Assembly (NCBI GenBank): GCA_040219255.1 | Contig: JAVJSW010000068.1 | Coordinates: 195,007 to 259,006, forward strand | Direction: 5' to 3' | Length of the DNA stretch: 64,000 bases | From: Sumerlaeia bacterium | GTDB taxonomy: Bacteria; Sumerlaeota; Sumerlaeia; SLMS01; JAHLLQ01 | In this document: positions 38,151-47,902 of the stretch, piece after piece | Position numbering within the stretch: position 1 is the first letter of the stretch | Layout: the number at the start of each line of letters is the position of its first letter | Notes under the pieces: generated by a model | What the model was told of the DNA's origin: nothing | The model's database searches: none | The model's input: only the letters and a program-made list of their open reading frames with translations | Position numbers and translations under genes: made by a program

Positions 38151-38345
38151 TCGGTTCGGAACCCAGCGTTTCCACGCCTGGAAGTGGAAAGAAGAAGGGG
38201 CACCGGGAATCCCAATTCCCGGTGCCCCTTGTCTTTGATTTCACCGATGGCGAACCGCCACCCTGGCGCCACAAGAATCCACTCCCCTTCTGTGGAACCT
38301 CTGACCTCTGTGATCTCTGTGGTTGCAGGATTGGCGAACGGCCGG

Positions 38346-40517
38346 TCAGCCGAGGAAAATGCCTTCGCCCTTGAGCTGCCGGCTTTGCGCTTCCAGCTCG
38401 GCCCGCAGCGCCCGGACTTTCTGCAGGGAACGGCGGCTCGAGAAGAATGCCAGGAAAGACAGTGTCAGCAACGAGACGAGCAGCAGTGCGGAGACCACGC
38501 CCACGAGGCGCACCGCCCGCAGTTTGCTGTCGACTCGCTGGAGGGTGATCTGCGCCGCCAGAAGGGCGATCGGTCTGCTCGTCAGTTCATCGTAAACGGT
38601 GGCGTACCCGTTGATGGCGTGGCCGCGCGCGTCTTCGCGCAATTCGCTGGTCACGATACCGTGCATGAAGGCCTGGAGCATCGGGTCGTTGGCGTCTTCG
38701 TATCGAACGCCTGGGGCGAGACCTTCCTCGGAACGCTCCACCTCGCCGTCGTGATCGCGGTCGAAATTGACCGGATTGGCGTCGGCGAGCACCACCCAGG
38801 TTTCCTCGCCTTCCCGGACTTCGGGCATGTAAGCGGCCATGTAGCGGATGTCGCGGTCCGCGTCGCGGAAGTATCGCAGATCGTCCACGACCCGTTCGAA
38901 GGCCGGATTGTCCGGCGCCGGGTTCTCGGACAGCGTGCGCAAATCCTGCCAGGACAGGTTCCGGGCCGTCAGCAGGGCGACCGTTTCGGCCTTGGTCTCC
39001 ATCTCGTGGTAAATCGTCCCCTCGGCGGCGCGAACCACGGCCCAAACTCCGATCACGACGAGCACACAGCCGAGAACCATGGTGGCGATGCGCCATTTGT
39101 CGAACAGCGGCGGGTCCGGGATGCGCTCGGCCACTTCGGCGTATTTCGCATCGATGGCTCGTTCCAGCTCCTCCGCCCGCATGGGATCGCTAATGCGCTG
39201 GACCTGCAAACGCGCCACCAGAAAATCTTCGCGGTCGATAGCGATTTCGACGCAGCGGGCCAGCAGGTTCTGCCGCACCATTTCGATATGGGGATTGTCC
39301 GGCCAAAGACCTTTGGCCCGCAACAGATTGCGCTTCGCGAGGGAAAGCTCGGCGTAGGTGCTGGGCAGTTCTTCGGCGAAACGCAACTCGTCGACGTATT
39401 CGGTGGCTTCGGCCCGGGCCGTGGAAAACTCGAGGTACACGGTCAGGACCTCCCGGACTTCTTCCACCGATTTCGGCCGGTCCGCCGGGTCCGTCGCCAT
39501 GCAATGATTCACCAGGTCGGCCAGTTCCCTGGGCACCGAATCGGGCAGCGGTTCGTACGCATTCACCTCCGCCTGCTCCATCGCCTCGATCAGCGTCTTT
39601 CCCCGATGCGGCGGCACACCCGTCAGCACGAAATACAGCGTCGCCCCCAGCAAATAGATGTCGGTGTGGATCCCCAAGCCATCGGTCTCCGATTGAGCCT
39701 GCTCGGGCGCCATGAAGGCGGGACTGCCCGCTGGGTTGGTGGCGGTCTGCAGCGTGAAGACTTTGCGGGGGTCGATGCGCGTGCCGGTTTCCGCCTCCAG
39801 GGGTTTGTTGTCCAGCATCACCGCCAGGCCCCAGTCGATCAGGAAGACCTCGCCGAAATGGCCGATCATCACCTGAGAAGGCTTGATGTCGCGGTGGATG
39901 ATCCCCCGCTGGTGCGCGTACGACAGCGCCCGCGTCACATGCACCAGGATGGGCAGATGCTTGCGCAGAAACTTTTCCAGATTGAAGCGATCCGCCTGCC
40001 GATCCTCGTTCAGCAGAGCCTCCCATGAACGGCCCCGCACCATCTTCATCGCGATCAGCGGCGATCGTTTGCCTTCGCTGTTCAGCATGCGGATGTCGTA
40101 GATGGGGACGATGTTGGGGTGGTCGAGCTGGGCCGCCGTGAAGGCTTCCCGGCAAAAATCGTCATGCACCGATTCGGAACCCACACAGCGCTTGATGGCG
40201 ACGACGCGCTCAAGGTTGTTCTGGAGCGCCTCCCAGATTTCCCCCTGCGTGCCCTTGCCGATCACCCGGCGCAGGACAAAGTCCGAAGGGCGCTTGTTCT
40301 TACTCTCGCCACCGTGCGGCGCGTCGGGATGATCCCGGGCGGGGCACCCTTCGTTGAGATCGCCGACAACGTGCGTTTCCTTGAAATGACTCTCAGGAAA
40401 GGGTGAAGGGTCACGCGCTTCTTGAGGGTCTCTTACTCTTTCGAATCGAACGGTTTGCGTGGGAAATCTGGCATCTGGAGGAATGATTCGCCGCACTTCA
40501 CCGTGATCTTGTTCCAT
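38346..40517 (-). CDS. Receptor-type Ser/Thr protein kinase: Hanks kinase domain, TM, extracytoplasmic sensor domain, second TM, coiled coil
   Basis: VIGKGTQGEIWEA (Gly-rich loop), AIK, HRDIKPSQV (catalytic loop), DWGLA (DFG-equivalent) and APE. Two hydrophobic helices (IATMVLGCVLVVIGVWAVV and LVGVVSALLLVSLLTLSFLAFF) flank a ~200-aa domain. Confidence 0.8.
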   Translation of the reverse strand: MEQDHGEVRRIIPPDARFPTQTVRFERVRDPQEARDPSPFPESHFKETHVVGDLNEGCPARDHPDAPHGGESKNKRPSDFVLRRVIGKGTQGEIWEALQNNLERVVAIKRCVGSESVHDDFCREAFTAAQLDHPNIVPIYDIRMLNSEGKRSPLIAMKMVRGRSWEALLNEDRQADRFNLEKFLRKHLPILVHVTRALSYAHQRGIIHRDIKPSQVMIGHFGEVFLIDWGLAVMLDNKPLEAETGTRIDPRKVFTLQTATNPAGSPAFMAPEQAQSETDGLGIHTDIYLLGATLYFVLTGVPPHRGKTLIEAMEQAEVNAYEPLPDSVPRELADLVNHCMATDPADRPKSVEEVREVLTVYLEFSTARAEATEYVDELRFAEELPSTYAELSLAKRNLLRAKGLWPDNPHIEMVRQNLLARCVEIAIDREDFLVARLQVQRISDPMRAEELERAIDAKYAEVAERIPDPPLFDKWRIATMVLGCVLVVIGVWAVVRAAEGTIYHEMETKAETVALLTARNLSWQDLRTLSENPAPDNPAFERVVDDLRYFRDADRDIRYMAAYMPEVREGEETWVVLADANPVNFDRDHDGEVERSEEGLAPGVRYEDANDPMLQAFMHGIVTSELREDARGHAINGYATVYDELTSRPIALLAAQITLQRVDSKLRAVRLVGVVSALLLVSLLTLSFLAFFSSRRSLQKVRALRAELEAQSRQLKGEGIFLG

Positions 40518-40666
40518 CGCCTTGATTCCTTAGAGACTCCGCGAGCCAGTCTGTGGGTCTTTCCGCAAGGGAAAGCTGCTAATGAGACCACTTTCTCATC
40601 AAGCAGAGTACCGTGGGCAAGCCTCCGCGGAGCACGCAAGAGAAAGAAGAAGGCTGACGGATTTAA

Positions 40667-41245
40667 CTACGCCTTGGCAACGGATTTTCCGGCGATCCAT
40701 TGCAGGGCCGCCCGCGCCACGTCGGCGCCGTGCATCTCGGCGGTCCGGCGGTCGCCTTCCGGAGGGGCGCCCTGCTCGGCGCTTTTGCCGTGATCGCTCT
40801 GCGCCATCGGACCTAGATAGGCGCCGATGCGGTTGATGTCGTCCGGGCCGGTGCCGGTGGCCAGGTGTTTGAGCGGCACCCAGATCATGCCATGCTGGGC
40901 GGCGAGAATGAGCATGGACGTCAAGGAATGAAGCTTGTCGCCATGAAGCCCGCCCGAGTTCGTGAAGCCGGAAGCCAGCTTGCCCACCCACTTGCGCTCC
41001 ATCCACCGGCGCGAGGTCTCTTCGAAAAACTTCTTCAGTTCGCTGGCGATGTCGCCCATGTACGTCGGCGAGCCGTAGATATGGGCGTCCGCTTCGTCCA
41101 GGAAGTCCCAGTGGTCGGCCGCTTCGGTGGCCTTGATGAGGCGGGCTTCGACGCCGGGAACGGATTGCGCGCCCTTGAGGACGCGTTCGGCGACGGCGGC
41201 GGTGTGGCCATAGCCACTGTGATAAACGATCGCGATCTTTGCCAT
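40667..41245 (-). CDS. wrbA: Flavodoxin-like NAD(P)H:quinone oxidoreductase (WrbA-like)
   Basis: MAKIAIVYHSGYGHTAAVAE...ADAHIYGSPTYMGDIASELKKFFE follows the WrbA pattern MAKVLVLYYSMYGHIE...FGTPTRFG. Confidence 0.7.
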   Translation of the reverse strand: MAKIAIVYHSGYGHTAAVAERVLKGAQSVPGVEARLIKATEAADHWDFLDEADAHIYGSPTYMGDIASELKKFFEETSRRWMERKWVGKLASGFTNSGGLHGDKLHSLTSMLILAAQHGMIWVPLKHLATGTGPDDINRIGAYLGPMAQSDHGKSAEQGAPPEGDRRTAEMHGADVARAALQWIAGKSVAKA

Positions 41246-42007
41246 GGTTCGGAGAAATCCTTATGCGATTTGGGGAATGGGGGCGGCGATGCGGGGCCGT
41301 CCGCTCTAAGCAAGTCCGATGCTGCACGGCCTCGCCGCTTCGGGCCAATACTTTGGCCGCGCCGGGGTGATCGCTTTTTCGTATCGGAGGCGCTTTGTCT
41401 CGATACAGGAGACAAAGAGTCGCAGTTCGATGGAGGTGCCTGGCTTCTGGAACTGAAGAAATCACCCCCGAGAGAGGCGGAGCGGACAGAGGTTTCGCAG
41501 GCCGAAAAAAAAGGAGCCGCAGGGTCTTTTTTGGCCGAATGGAATCGACGATTTACGACTTGGCGCGTCTGTTCAAGATCAGTCTATTTTGTCTGTCCGG
41601 AAAGAATGTATGGTCTGATTCTCTGCAAATCACCAAGCTTTCTGGACTTCCTCGCGAGAATGCCAAAATCTTGCCCAGTCACCCGGATAGGGAATCGCTT
41701 TCCTCAGGTGGTACCACATGAACTCCATCGCGCCATACATCTCCGTGGGTCCGCGTCTGCGCGGCGATTGTTCTTGAAGGATCAGGGTGACCGCTGGCGC
41801 GGCGGCGGAAAATCTCTCATAGAGACTGATTATCTCCATTGGAAACAGGTTGGCGTCTCAAGTGCGACTCGGCAACTCTTGTTTTTTCAAGGAGGGACGG
41901 GTAATGGTCGGGTTGGCCCGATTCTTTGCTAGCCGGTCCAAAAGCGACCGCTGTGACGGGGCTCCCACCGGGCCCGCCGCACTCCCTCGAAGAGGCACCC
42001 GCCGGCT

Positions 42008-42337
42008 ATGAACGAAGGCCTTCTCCCCCCCCGGATTCTCACCGTGTCGAGGCGGCGTCTGCGCCGCGACCGCGCCCGTGTGCTTCGAACCCACGTCGAC
42101 CGAGCCATCGGGGAGAACCGGCCCCATCTCGTTCTGGATCTGGAGGGGGTGGATTTTGTCGATTCCGGGTTTCTCGGGGCGATGGTGGAAGCGCTTAAAC
42201 ACTTGCGGGAGCGGGGCGGCGACCTGCGAATCCGAGGCGCCGGGCGCGAGGTGCGCACCTTGCTCGCCCTCACCGGGCTTGATCGCCTTTTCCTTTCGCC
42301 GCCCTCCCCCGAAGCTGCCCGTGGGCCTCTCTCCTGA
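42008..42337 (+). CDS. STAS-domain anti-sigma-factor antagonist (RsbV/SpoIIAA-like)
   Basis: HLVLDLEGVDFVDSGFLGAMVEALKHLRERGGDLRIRGAGREVRTLLALTGLDRLF is the canonical STAS core (DFVDSSGLG, two residues from the classic phospho-Ser motif). The stop overlaps the next start (TGATG). Confidence 0.7.
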   Translation: MNEGLLPPRILTVSRRRLRRDRARVLRTHVDRAIGENRPHLVLDLEGVDFVDSGFLGAMVEALKHLRERGGDLRIRGAGREVRTLLALTGLDRLFLSPPSPEAARGPLS

Positions 42338-42918
42338 TGGAAAAGCTGCTCTACACCGTCACGGTCCCGTGCGCGCCGGAAAGCATCGAGGTCCTGGAAA
42401 GCCTGACGGAAACCTTCCTCGGCAACATCCCCGGCGCCTCGCCGGACGAACTCCTTCGCCTCCGCCTTTCCGTCGCCGAAGGCTGCCGCAACGCGCTCGT
42501 CCAGCAACCCCAGGGCCGCCGCATGAACGTCACCACCATGACGTTCTGGGGCGGGCGGTTCAACAATATCGCCCAGGCCATCGAAATCGACGACCCGGGG
42601 CCGGGGCTGGAGGTCGGCGGCCATCTTCCCCCCTACCCGCCTTCCATCGTGGAGCAGGCGTTTCTTTTGGCCGAGGTGTTCGACGAGCAAATCCTCGCCA
42701 CGCCCGAGACGCCCCACAACCTCTCGCTGACGGTGCAGTCTCTCAACGGCCATCGGCGCACCCGTGACGAATGGGTCCGCGACGCCCGCACCAGCGGCTA
42801 CGGCCTTCTGACGCTCTGCAAGGCCTGGGAGCGGGTCGAATTCCGTTACGATCCGATCCGGGGAAATTCCCTGCGCCTGGCCCAACCGAGGCCGCTGCTG
42901 GCGCTGTACGCATCGTGA
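42337..42918 (+). CDS. RsbW/SpoIIAB-type anti-sigma factor / serine protein kinase (GHKL ATPase fold)
   Basis: TVPCAPESIEVL (compare RsbW L-x-IPA-x-PEY), N-box-like LRLSVAEGCRNAL, G1-like EIDDPGPGL, PPYPPS, and a G2-like SGYGLLTLCKAWERVEF. Translationally coupled to the STAS gene. Confidence 0.6.
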   Translation: MEKLLYTVTVPCAPESIEVLESLTETFLGNIPGASPDELLRLRLSVAEGCRNALVQQPQGRRMNVTTMTFWGGRFNNIAQAIEIDDPGPGLEVGGHLPPYPPSIVEQAFLLAEVFDEQILATPETPHNLSLTVQSLNGHRRTRDEWVRDARTSGYGLLTLCKAWERVEFRYDPIRGNSLRLAQPRPLLALYAS

Positions 42919-43040
42919 AAACGTCTTCCAAACACTCCCGCCACCCCTCGCGGGGTTGACTCTTTTCCCCGGCCGTCCCTACGCTTTTTCCTGGTTGGAA
43001 GCCCCAGTGGCCTCCTCTCATCGAAAGGGTCACAACCTCC

Positions 43041-44918
43041 TTGAGCCTTCGCCCCGGCGCCTTCTTCGCCGTTTTCTTCAGCCTCGCCGTCCTCGTTCCC
43101 ACGGCGTCCGCCGCGCCCATCGTCGTCATCAACGAAATGATGTACCATCCGGCGTCCGACGATGAGACGGAGGAGTTCCTGGAGTTGACCAATGTCGGCG
43201 ACGCGACCGCCGACCTTTCCGGATGGTTCATGTCCGATGGCATCGACTATGTCTTTCCCGCCGGAACGACGCTCGCCCCCGGCACCTTCCTCGTCCTCTC
43301 GCCGGACCTCGCGAAGTTCGCGCAGACCTACGGCACCAGCGTCACACCCCTCGGCCCGTACACGGGGAAACTCAACAACGGCGGCGAGCGAGTCGCCATT
43401 TCGAACGCTCAGGGCGCCGTCATGGACGAGGTCGATTACCTCGATCAGGCCCCTTGGCCGGACTTCGCCGATGGCCTCGGGCCCAGCCTGGAGCTGATCG
43501 ATTCGGCGAGCGACAACGCGCGGCCGGACAGTTGGCAATCCAGCTCGCCCGACGGCGGCACCCCCGGCGCCCCCAACAGCTCCGGCGCCGTCGAACCGCC
43601 TTTTGTGGACGTATGGGATCGCAGCGATATTCCCGAATTCGAAATCGTCTTTCAGGAATCCAACTGGTTCGAAATCCTGGAAGCCAATCAGTGGGATAAG
43701 TCCTTCTATCTCAACGCATCCTATCGCTTCAACGGCTTCACCTGGACTGGTGTGGGCGTGCGCTTCAAGGGCTTCAGCAGCAACATCCTCTTCGAAGGTG
43801 AGAAGAAACCCTTCAAGGTGGATTTCAACCGCTTCAACGACAACCAATCGTTCATGGGCATGACGGGATTGAAGCTGTCGAACTCCTGGAACGATCCCAC
43901 CATGATGCGGGAAATCCTGATGGCGGACGCGGCGCGCGAAATGGGCCTGCCGGTGGGGCGCTACTGGTACGCGTTCCTGACCGTCAACGGCGAGCCCTGG
44001 GGCCTGTACGTGATGCAGGACGATTACAACGACGACGTGATGGAGCTGATTTTCGGCGACGGCGGCGGCAACCTCTTCGAAGCGGAAGTCCCCGGGGAAG
44101 CCGTGCTGTCCTACGTCGGCCCGGAGCAGGCGCCCTACGAAACCCTTTACAGCCTGAAAGAAAACAAGGACGAGAACGATTACAGCCGCCTCATCGCGCT
44201 TTGCGACGCGCTCTCGAACACGACGGACTCGCTTCTGCTCGAACGCGTTTCGCCGCTGATGAATGTGGACACGACGCTCGGCTATCTCGCCATCAACGCG
44301 GTCTTCGGCAATCTGGACAGCTACATCGGCCAGGCAAAAAACTACTACCTCTACGAGGACCCCACCGACCATTACCGGATGAACCTGGTGCTGTGGGACA
44401 TGAACCTCGCCTTCGGGGTCCAGGGCATCGTCTATACCGGCAACCAGATGCTGCGGTTGAGCCCCTACCTGACGGACGAAATCGCGCCTCCGGGCGCGCC
44501 GGGGCGGCCGCTGGCGCGGCTCTTCGCCCGCAAGGAAGGCGACCGTGCGGCCTATAACGCGTGGCTCCAGGCCATCATCGACGGCCCCTTCCGCGAGGAG
44601 GTGATGACCTCCCGCATCGCGGCCCTCGACACCATGATCGCCCCCTATGTGCAGGCCGATCCGAAGAAGCTCTTCAGTTTCGAGGAGTACAAAAAGAACC
44701 AGACGGAAGACCTGGAAAATAGCCCGTACTTCGACGAATTCCTCGAATACCGCATTCACGGTCTGCTGCCCTGGGTGCGGGGCCGGCGGGCCTATTTGCA
44801 GGAACTTCTCGCCACCCAGCCCGAGAAGGACCCGGTGGTGCAGCGCTGGCACGGCGACCGCCAAGCCTGGGAACGGCCGACGAAGCCCTATCAGTCCTGG
44901 TGGATCAGCGACCGCTAA
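43041..44918 (+). CDS. Secreted lamin-tail-domain (LTD) plus CotH-family kinase-like protein
   Basis: Signal peptide. The N-terminal VVINEMMYHPASDDETEEFLELTNVGDATADLSGWFMSDGIDYVFPAGTTLAPGTFLVLS is the LTD signature. The CotH-like core follows (FKVDFNRFNDNQSFMGMTGLKLSNSWNDPTMMREIL...LDSYIGQAKNYYLYEDPTDHYRMNLVLWDMNLAFG). Confidence 0.7.
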   Translation: MSLRPGAFFAVFFSLAVLVPTASAAPIVVINEMMYHPASDDETEEFLELTNVGDATADLSGWFMSDGIDYVFPAGTTLAPGTFLVLSPDLAKFAQTYGTSVTPLGPYTGKLNNGGERVAISNAQGAVMDEVDYLDQAPWPDFADGLGPSLELIDSASDNARPDSWQSSSPDGGTPGAPNSSGAVEPPFVDVWDRSDIPEFEIVFQESNWFEILEANQWDKSFYLNASYRFNGFTWTGVGVRFKGFSSNILFEGEKKPFKVDFNRFNDNQSFMGMTGLKLSNSWNDPTMMREILMADAAREMGLPVGRYWYAFLTVNGEPWGLYVMQDDYNDDVMELIFGDGGGNLFEAEVPGEAVLSYVGPEQAPYETLYSLKENKDENDYSRLIALCDALSNTTDSLLLERVSPLMNVDTTLGYLAINAVFGNLDSYIGQAKNYYLYEDPTDHYRMNLVLWDMNLAFGVQGIVYTGNQMLRLSPYLTDEIAPPGAPGRPLARLFARKEGDRAAYNAWLQAIIDGPFREEVMTSRIAALDTMIAPYVQADPKKLFSFEEYKKNQTEDLENSPYFDEFLEYRIHGLLPWVRGRRAYLQELLATQPEKDPVVQRWHGDRQAWERPTKPYQSWWISDR

Positions 44919-45858
44919 TCGCCAGCTTCTTCGATCGCCAGCAGTTCCTCGTACAGTTCGCGCTGCCGATCCGACAGGCTGCGCGGAGGGGCGATCATGA
45001 CGCGTACCAGCAGATCGCCCCGGCGATCGTGGGGAGCCGCGCCTGTGGGCAGGCCGTGACCCCGGATGCGCATCTTGCGGCCCGAGGGCGTGCCCTCGGG
45101 GATGGTCAGCACGATGGCACCGTCGAGCGTATCGACCTGGGCTTTGCCGCCGAGAGCGGCGCGGGCGGGAGTCACCACGACGTCGGTTTCGATGTCGATG
45201 CCCTGGGCGCGAAAGCGCCCCCCCTTCAGGTATCGGACGCGCAGGAAGAGGTCGCCGCCGGCGCGGCCCTGGCCCGCGAGGCGGATGCGGCGGCCCTCGG
45301 CGATGCCTTTCGGGACGTTGACTTCGTAGGAGCGGGGCCCCAGGCCCGGCACGTCCACTTTGCAGGCGAAGAGGCCGCCCTGCAGGACCTTCTCCAGGGG
45401 AAGTTCGAGATCCGCTTCCTGATTGGCTTCCGTGGGCGGAGGGTTGGCTTCGATGCCTGCGCCGGGGGGGCGGCCGGGACGCTGGCCGCCAAGACCGGCG
45501 CCGAAGAGGGTTTCGAAAAAATCGCTGAAGCCGCTTTGGCGCCCGCCGCCGAAATCGAAGGTGAAGCCAGCGGGATTGCCGCGGCCAAAGCTGGCGGATT
45601 CGCCGAAGCCGGGGGGCGGACGGAAATCTTGGCCCGCGCTCCAACTCGAGCCCAACGCGTCATAGCGGCGGCGCTTCTCGGGATCCTTGAGCACCTCGTA
45701 GGCTTCGTTGATGCGTTTGAAGTTCTCCTCCGCCTCCGGGTCGTCCCGGTTGACGTCGGGGTGGTGCTTGCGGGCCAGGGCCCGGTAGGCGCGGCGGATG
45801 TCTTCCGCACTGGCGGTGCGGGGAACGGCGAGGATCTTGTAGTAATCGAGGTACTTCA
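44915..45858 (-). CDS. DnaJ-domain co-chaperone without zinc-finger (CbpA-like)
   Basis: J-domain DYYKILAVPRTASAEDIRRAYRALARKHHPDVNRD...EENFKRINEAYEVLKDPEKRRRYD with HPD, a G/F-rich linker, and a DnaJ_C-like domain. There is no in-frame ATG before the J-domain, so a TTG start at 45858 (giving MKYLDYY...) is proposed. The stop overlaps the CotH stop convergently. Confidence 0.65.
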
Positions 45859-46146
45859 AGGGTAGCGGGGGCGCGGCGGTTTGAGTTTCGAGGAGAGGGG
45901 TCCGATGGGTCGTAAAAGGGCGCCGCCCTGTCACGACGGGGCATTGCGAAACAGAAGTCCCCGGTATCGCTCGCGTTCGAGGTTCTGGAAGCCAAAGTCT
46001 TGCCGTCCCGGATTCCCTTGCGGACCGCTGCGGCGCGCCTCTTGCCTGACACCCCCCCGCCGGAAAGCCGCGGCGATTCCGACTTCTCATGACCCACACT
46101 GCTGGAGGACCCGATGACCTCTCTGAAAACCACAACCCGCCCCGCC

Positions 46147-47085
46147 ATGACCCGCATCGCCATCGTGGGTGTGGGCGCCGTGGGCGCCACCATCGCCTAT
46201 ACGCTGCTGCGGGCGGGAACGGACGCGGACCTGCTGCTGGTGGACGTGAATCGCCGCCGGGCGGAAGGCGAGATGATGGATTTGCGGCACTGCCTTCCCC
46301 TCGCCGGCAGCGTCACCCTCTCGGTGGCCGACCTGGACGAAGTGAAGGACTGCGATCTGGTCATTATTACCGCCGGCGCCGCCCAGCGCGAAGGCGAAAC
46401 CCGCATCGACCTCGTGAAGCGCAACACAGACATCTTCGCCGGATTCTTCCCGCTCCTGTCCAACGCGAACCCCAAGGCCCTGTTCCTCATCATCACCAAC
46501 CCGGTCGATATCATGACCCGGGTGGCCCTGGCGCTGTCGGGCCTGCCGCCGGAGAAGGTCATCGGTTCGGGGACGGTGCTGGACACGTCACGCTTCCGGG
46601 CGCTGATCAGCCAGCACGTGGGCCTCAGTTCGCGCAACGTGCACGCCTACGTCATCGGCGAGCACGGCGACAGCGAAGTCATGGTGTGGAGCCGCACCTC
46701 CGTCGGGCCCTTCTCCATCGAGGAGTACTGCCGCCAGAGCGGCATCGGCCTGACCGGCGACGACAAAGAGCGCATCAATCAGGCGACGCGCGAGGCGGCC
46801 TATGAGATTATCGAGCGCAAGGGCAGCACACACTTCGCGATCGGCACCGTGACGGAGCGGCTGGTGGAGGCGATGGAGCACAGCGAGTACGCGCTCTACA
46901 CGCTGTCGCGGCGGGTGGAAGGGTACTATGGCATCGAAGGGGTCTGCCTGTCGCTGCCGACGCTGGTGAACGGGTCTGGAGCGGTCCGGCAGTTGGAGTT
47001 GGAATTGGCTCCGGAGGAGCGGGGGAAGCTGCTGCGGAGCGCGGAAATTTTAGACAAAGTTTTTCGGGATTTGGAAATACAATAG
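46147..47085 (+). CDS. ldh: L-lactate dehydrogenase (LDH/MDH superfamily)
   Basis: MTRIAIVGVGAVGATIAYTL (Rossmann fold), ITAGAAQREGETRIDL, ITNPVDIMT and GEHGDSEVMVWS (catalytic His) are typical of L-LDH. Confidence 0.8.
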   Translation: MTRIAIVGVGAVGATIAYTLLRAGTDADLLLVDVNRRRAEGEMMDLRHCLPLAGSVTLSVADLDEVKDCDLVIITAGAAQREGETRIDLVKRNTDIFAGFFPLLSNANPKALFLIITNPVDIMTRVALALSGLPPEKVIGSGTVLDTSRFRALISQHVGLSSRNVHAYVIGEHGDSEVMVWSRTSVGPFSIEEYCRQSGIGLTGDDKERINQATREAAYEIIERKGSTHFAIGTVTERLVEAMEHSEYALYTLSRRVEGYYGIEGVCLSLPTLVNGSGAVRQLELELAPEERGKLLRSAEILDKVFRDLEIQ

Positions 47086-47317
47086 CAAATCCAGCAAGGC
47101 GCTCCAGGTGCCGTCCGCATCGTCTCCGGGCATGACGCGAACGGTACGGAATTGCTTTGACTTCGCGGACCATTATGCGTCTGCTGAAAGGGAGGCTTTT
47201 GGCGAATTGAAGCCAACGACACTCATTTGGGCCGAGTTGGGCGCAGGCGAACCTCGCTCGCTCCGCTCGTTTCGACTCGGTCTGATCGCAAACTGGCTCC
47301 GACGGAACGGACCTGCC

Positions 47318-47881
47318 ATGAGTAAGAAGGCCAAGGGCGCCTCTTCCCCAGAACAAGATATCCACTGCGCCGTACTCAGCGACGACGACATCGCCGTCGT
47401 GCGGGTCCATGGGCGGGGATCGTTTCAGAACAGCGTGTTCCTGGAGCGGTTCGCCAAGCACCTGCAAGAGCAGGGGCGGCCGGCGGAATTCATTGTCGAT
47501 CTGGGTGAATGCGAAACGCTCGATTCCACTTTTATGGGCATGCTGGCCAGCGTCAGCCAGACGCAGAAACGCGCCGGGCGCCACCAACTGGTCGTCGTGA
47601 ACGTCAACGATCACGTCCGCCGGTTGCTGAAAACGCTGGGCTTGACCTATCTCCTGGAAATCCACGAGAGCGAAACCACACGGGCCACCGATGCCCTCGC
47701 CAAAGCGGACCTGAAGCCCGCCGAGCAGGAAGACATCAGCCGCCTCGATCAAATCCTCCACACCCTCGAAGCCCACAAGACCCTGGTGGAACTGGACGGC
47801 GAGAACGAGGTGCGGTTCCAATCGGTGATCCACTACCTGGAACGCAGCGTGAAGAACATGGAGAAGGGGAAGGAATTCTAA
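47318..47881 (+). CDS. STAS-domain protein with C-terminal coiled-coil extension (anti-sigma antagonist-like)
   Basis: IHCAVLSDDDIAVVRVHGRGSF...IVDLGECETLDSTFMGMLASV...HQLVVVNVNDHVRRLLKTLGL is the STAS core. The start was chosen at MSKKAKG (47318). Confidence 0.55.
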   Translation: MSKKAKGASSPEQDIHCAVLSDDDIAVVRVHGRGSFQNSVFLERFAKHLQEQGRPAEFIVDLGECETLDSTFMGMLASVSQTQKRAGRHQLVVVNVNDHVRRLLKTLGLTYLLEIHESETTRATDALAKADLKPAEQEDISRLDQILHTLEAHKTLVELDGENEVRFQSVIHYLERSVKNMEKGKEF

Positions 47882-47902
47882 CCCTTCGTCCCCGGACCGG
47901 CA

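Noticed and set aside
41395-41839. Small ORFs (108 aa +, 69 aa -) inside the 760-bp non-coding gap
   Set aside because: No recognisable motifs, and the plus-strand ORF is Arg-rich junk. The 69-aa minus-strand ORF is kept only as a possibility mentioned in the findings.
44915-46135. Longer 406-aa version of the DnaJ-domain gene
   Set aside because: The N-terminal ~90 aa are Arg/Pro-rich and non-protein-like, and overlap the divergent ldh promoter region. The J-domain begins right after a TTG at 45858, so the shorter gene was preferred. The start codon remains uncertain.
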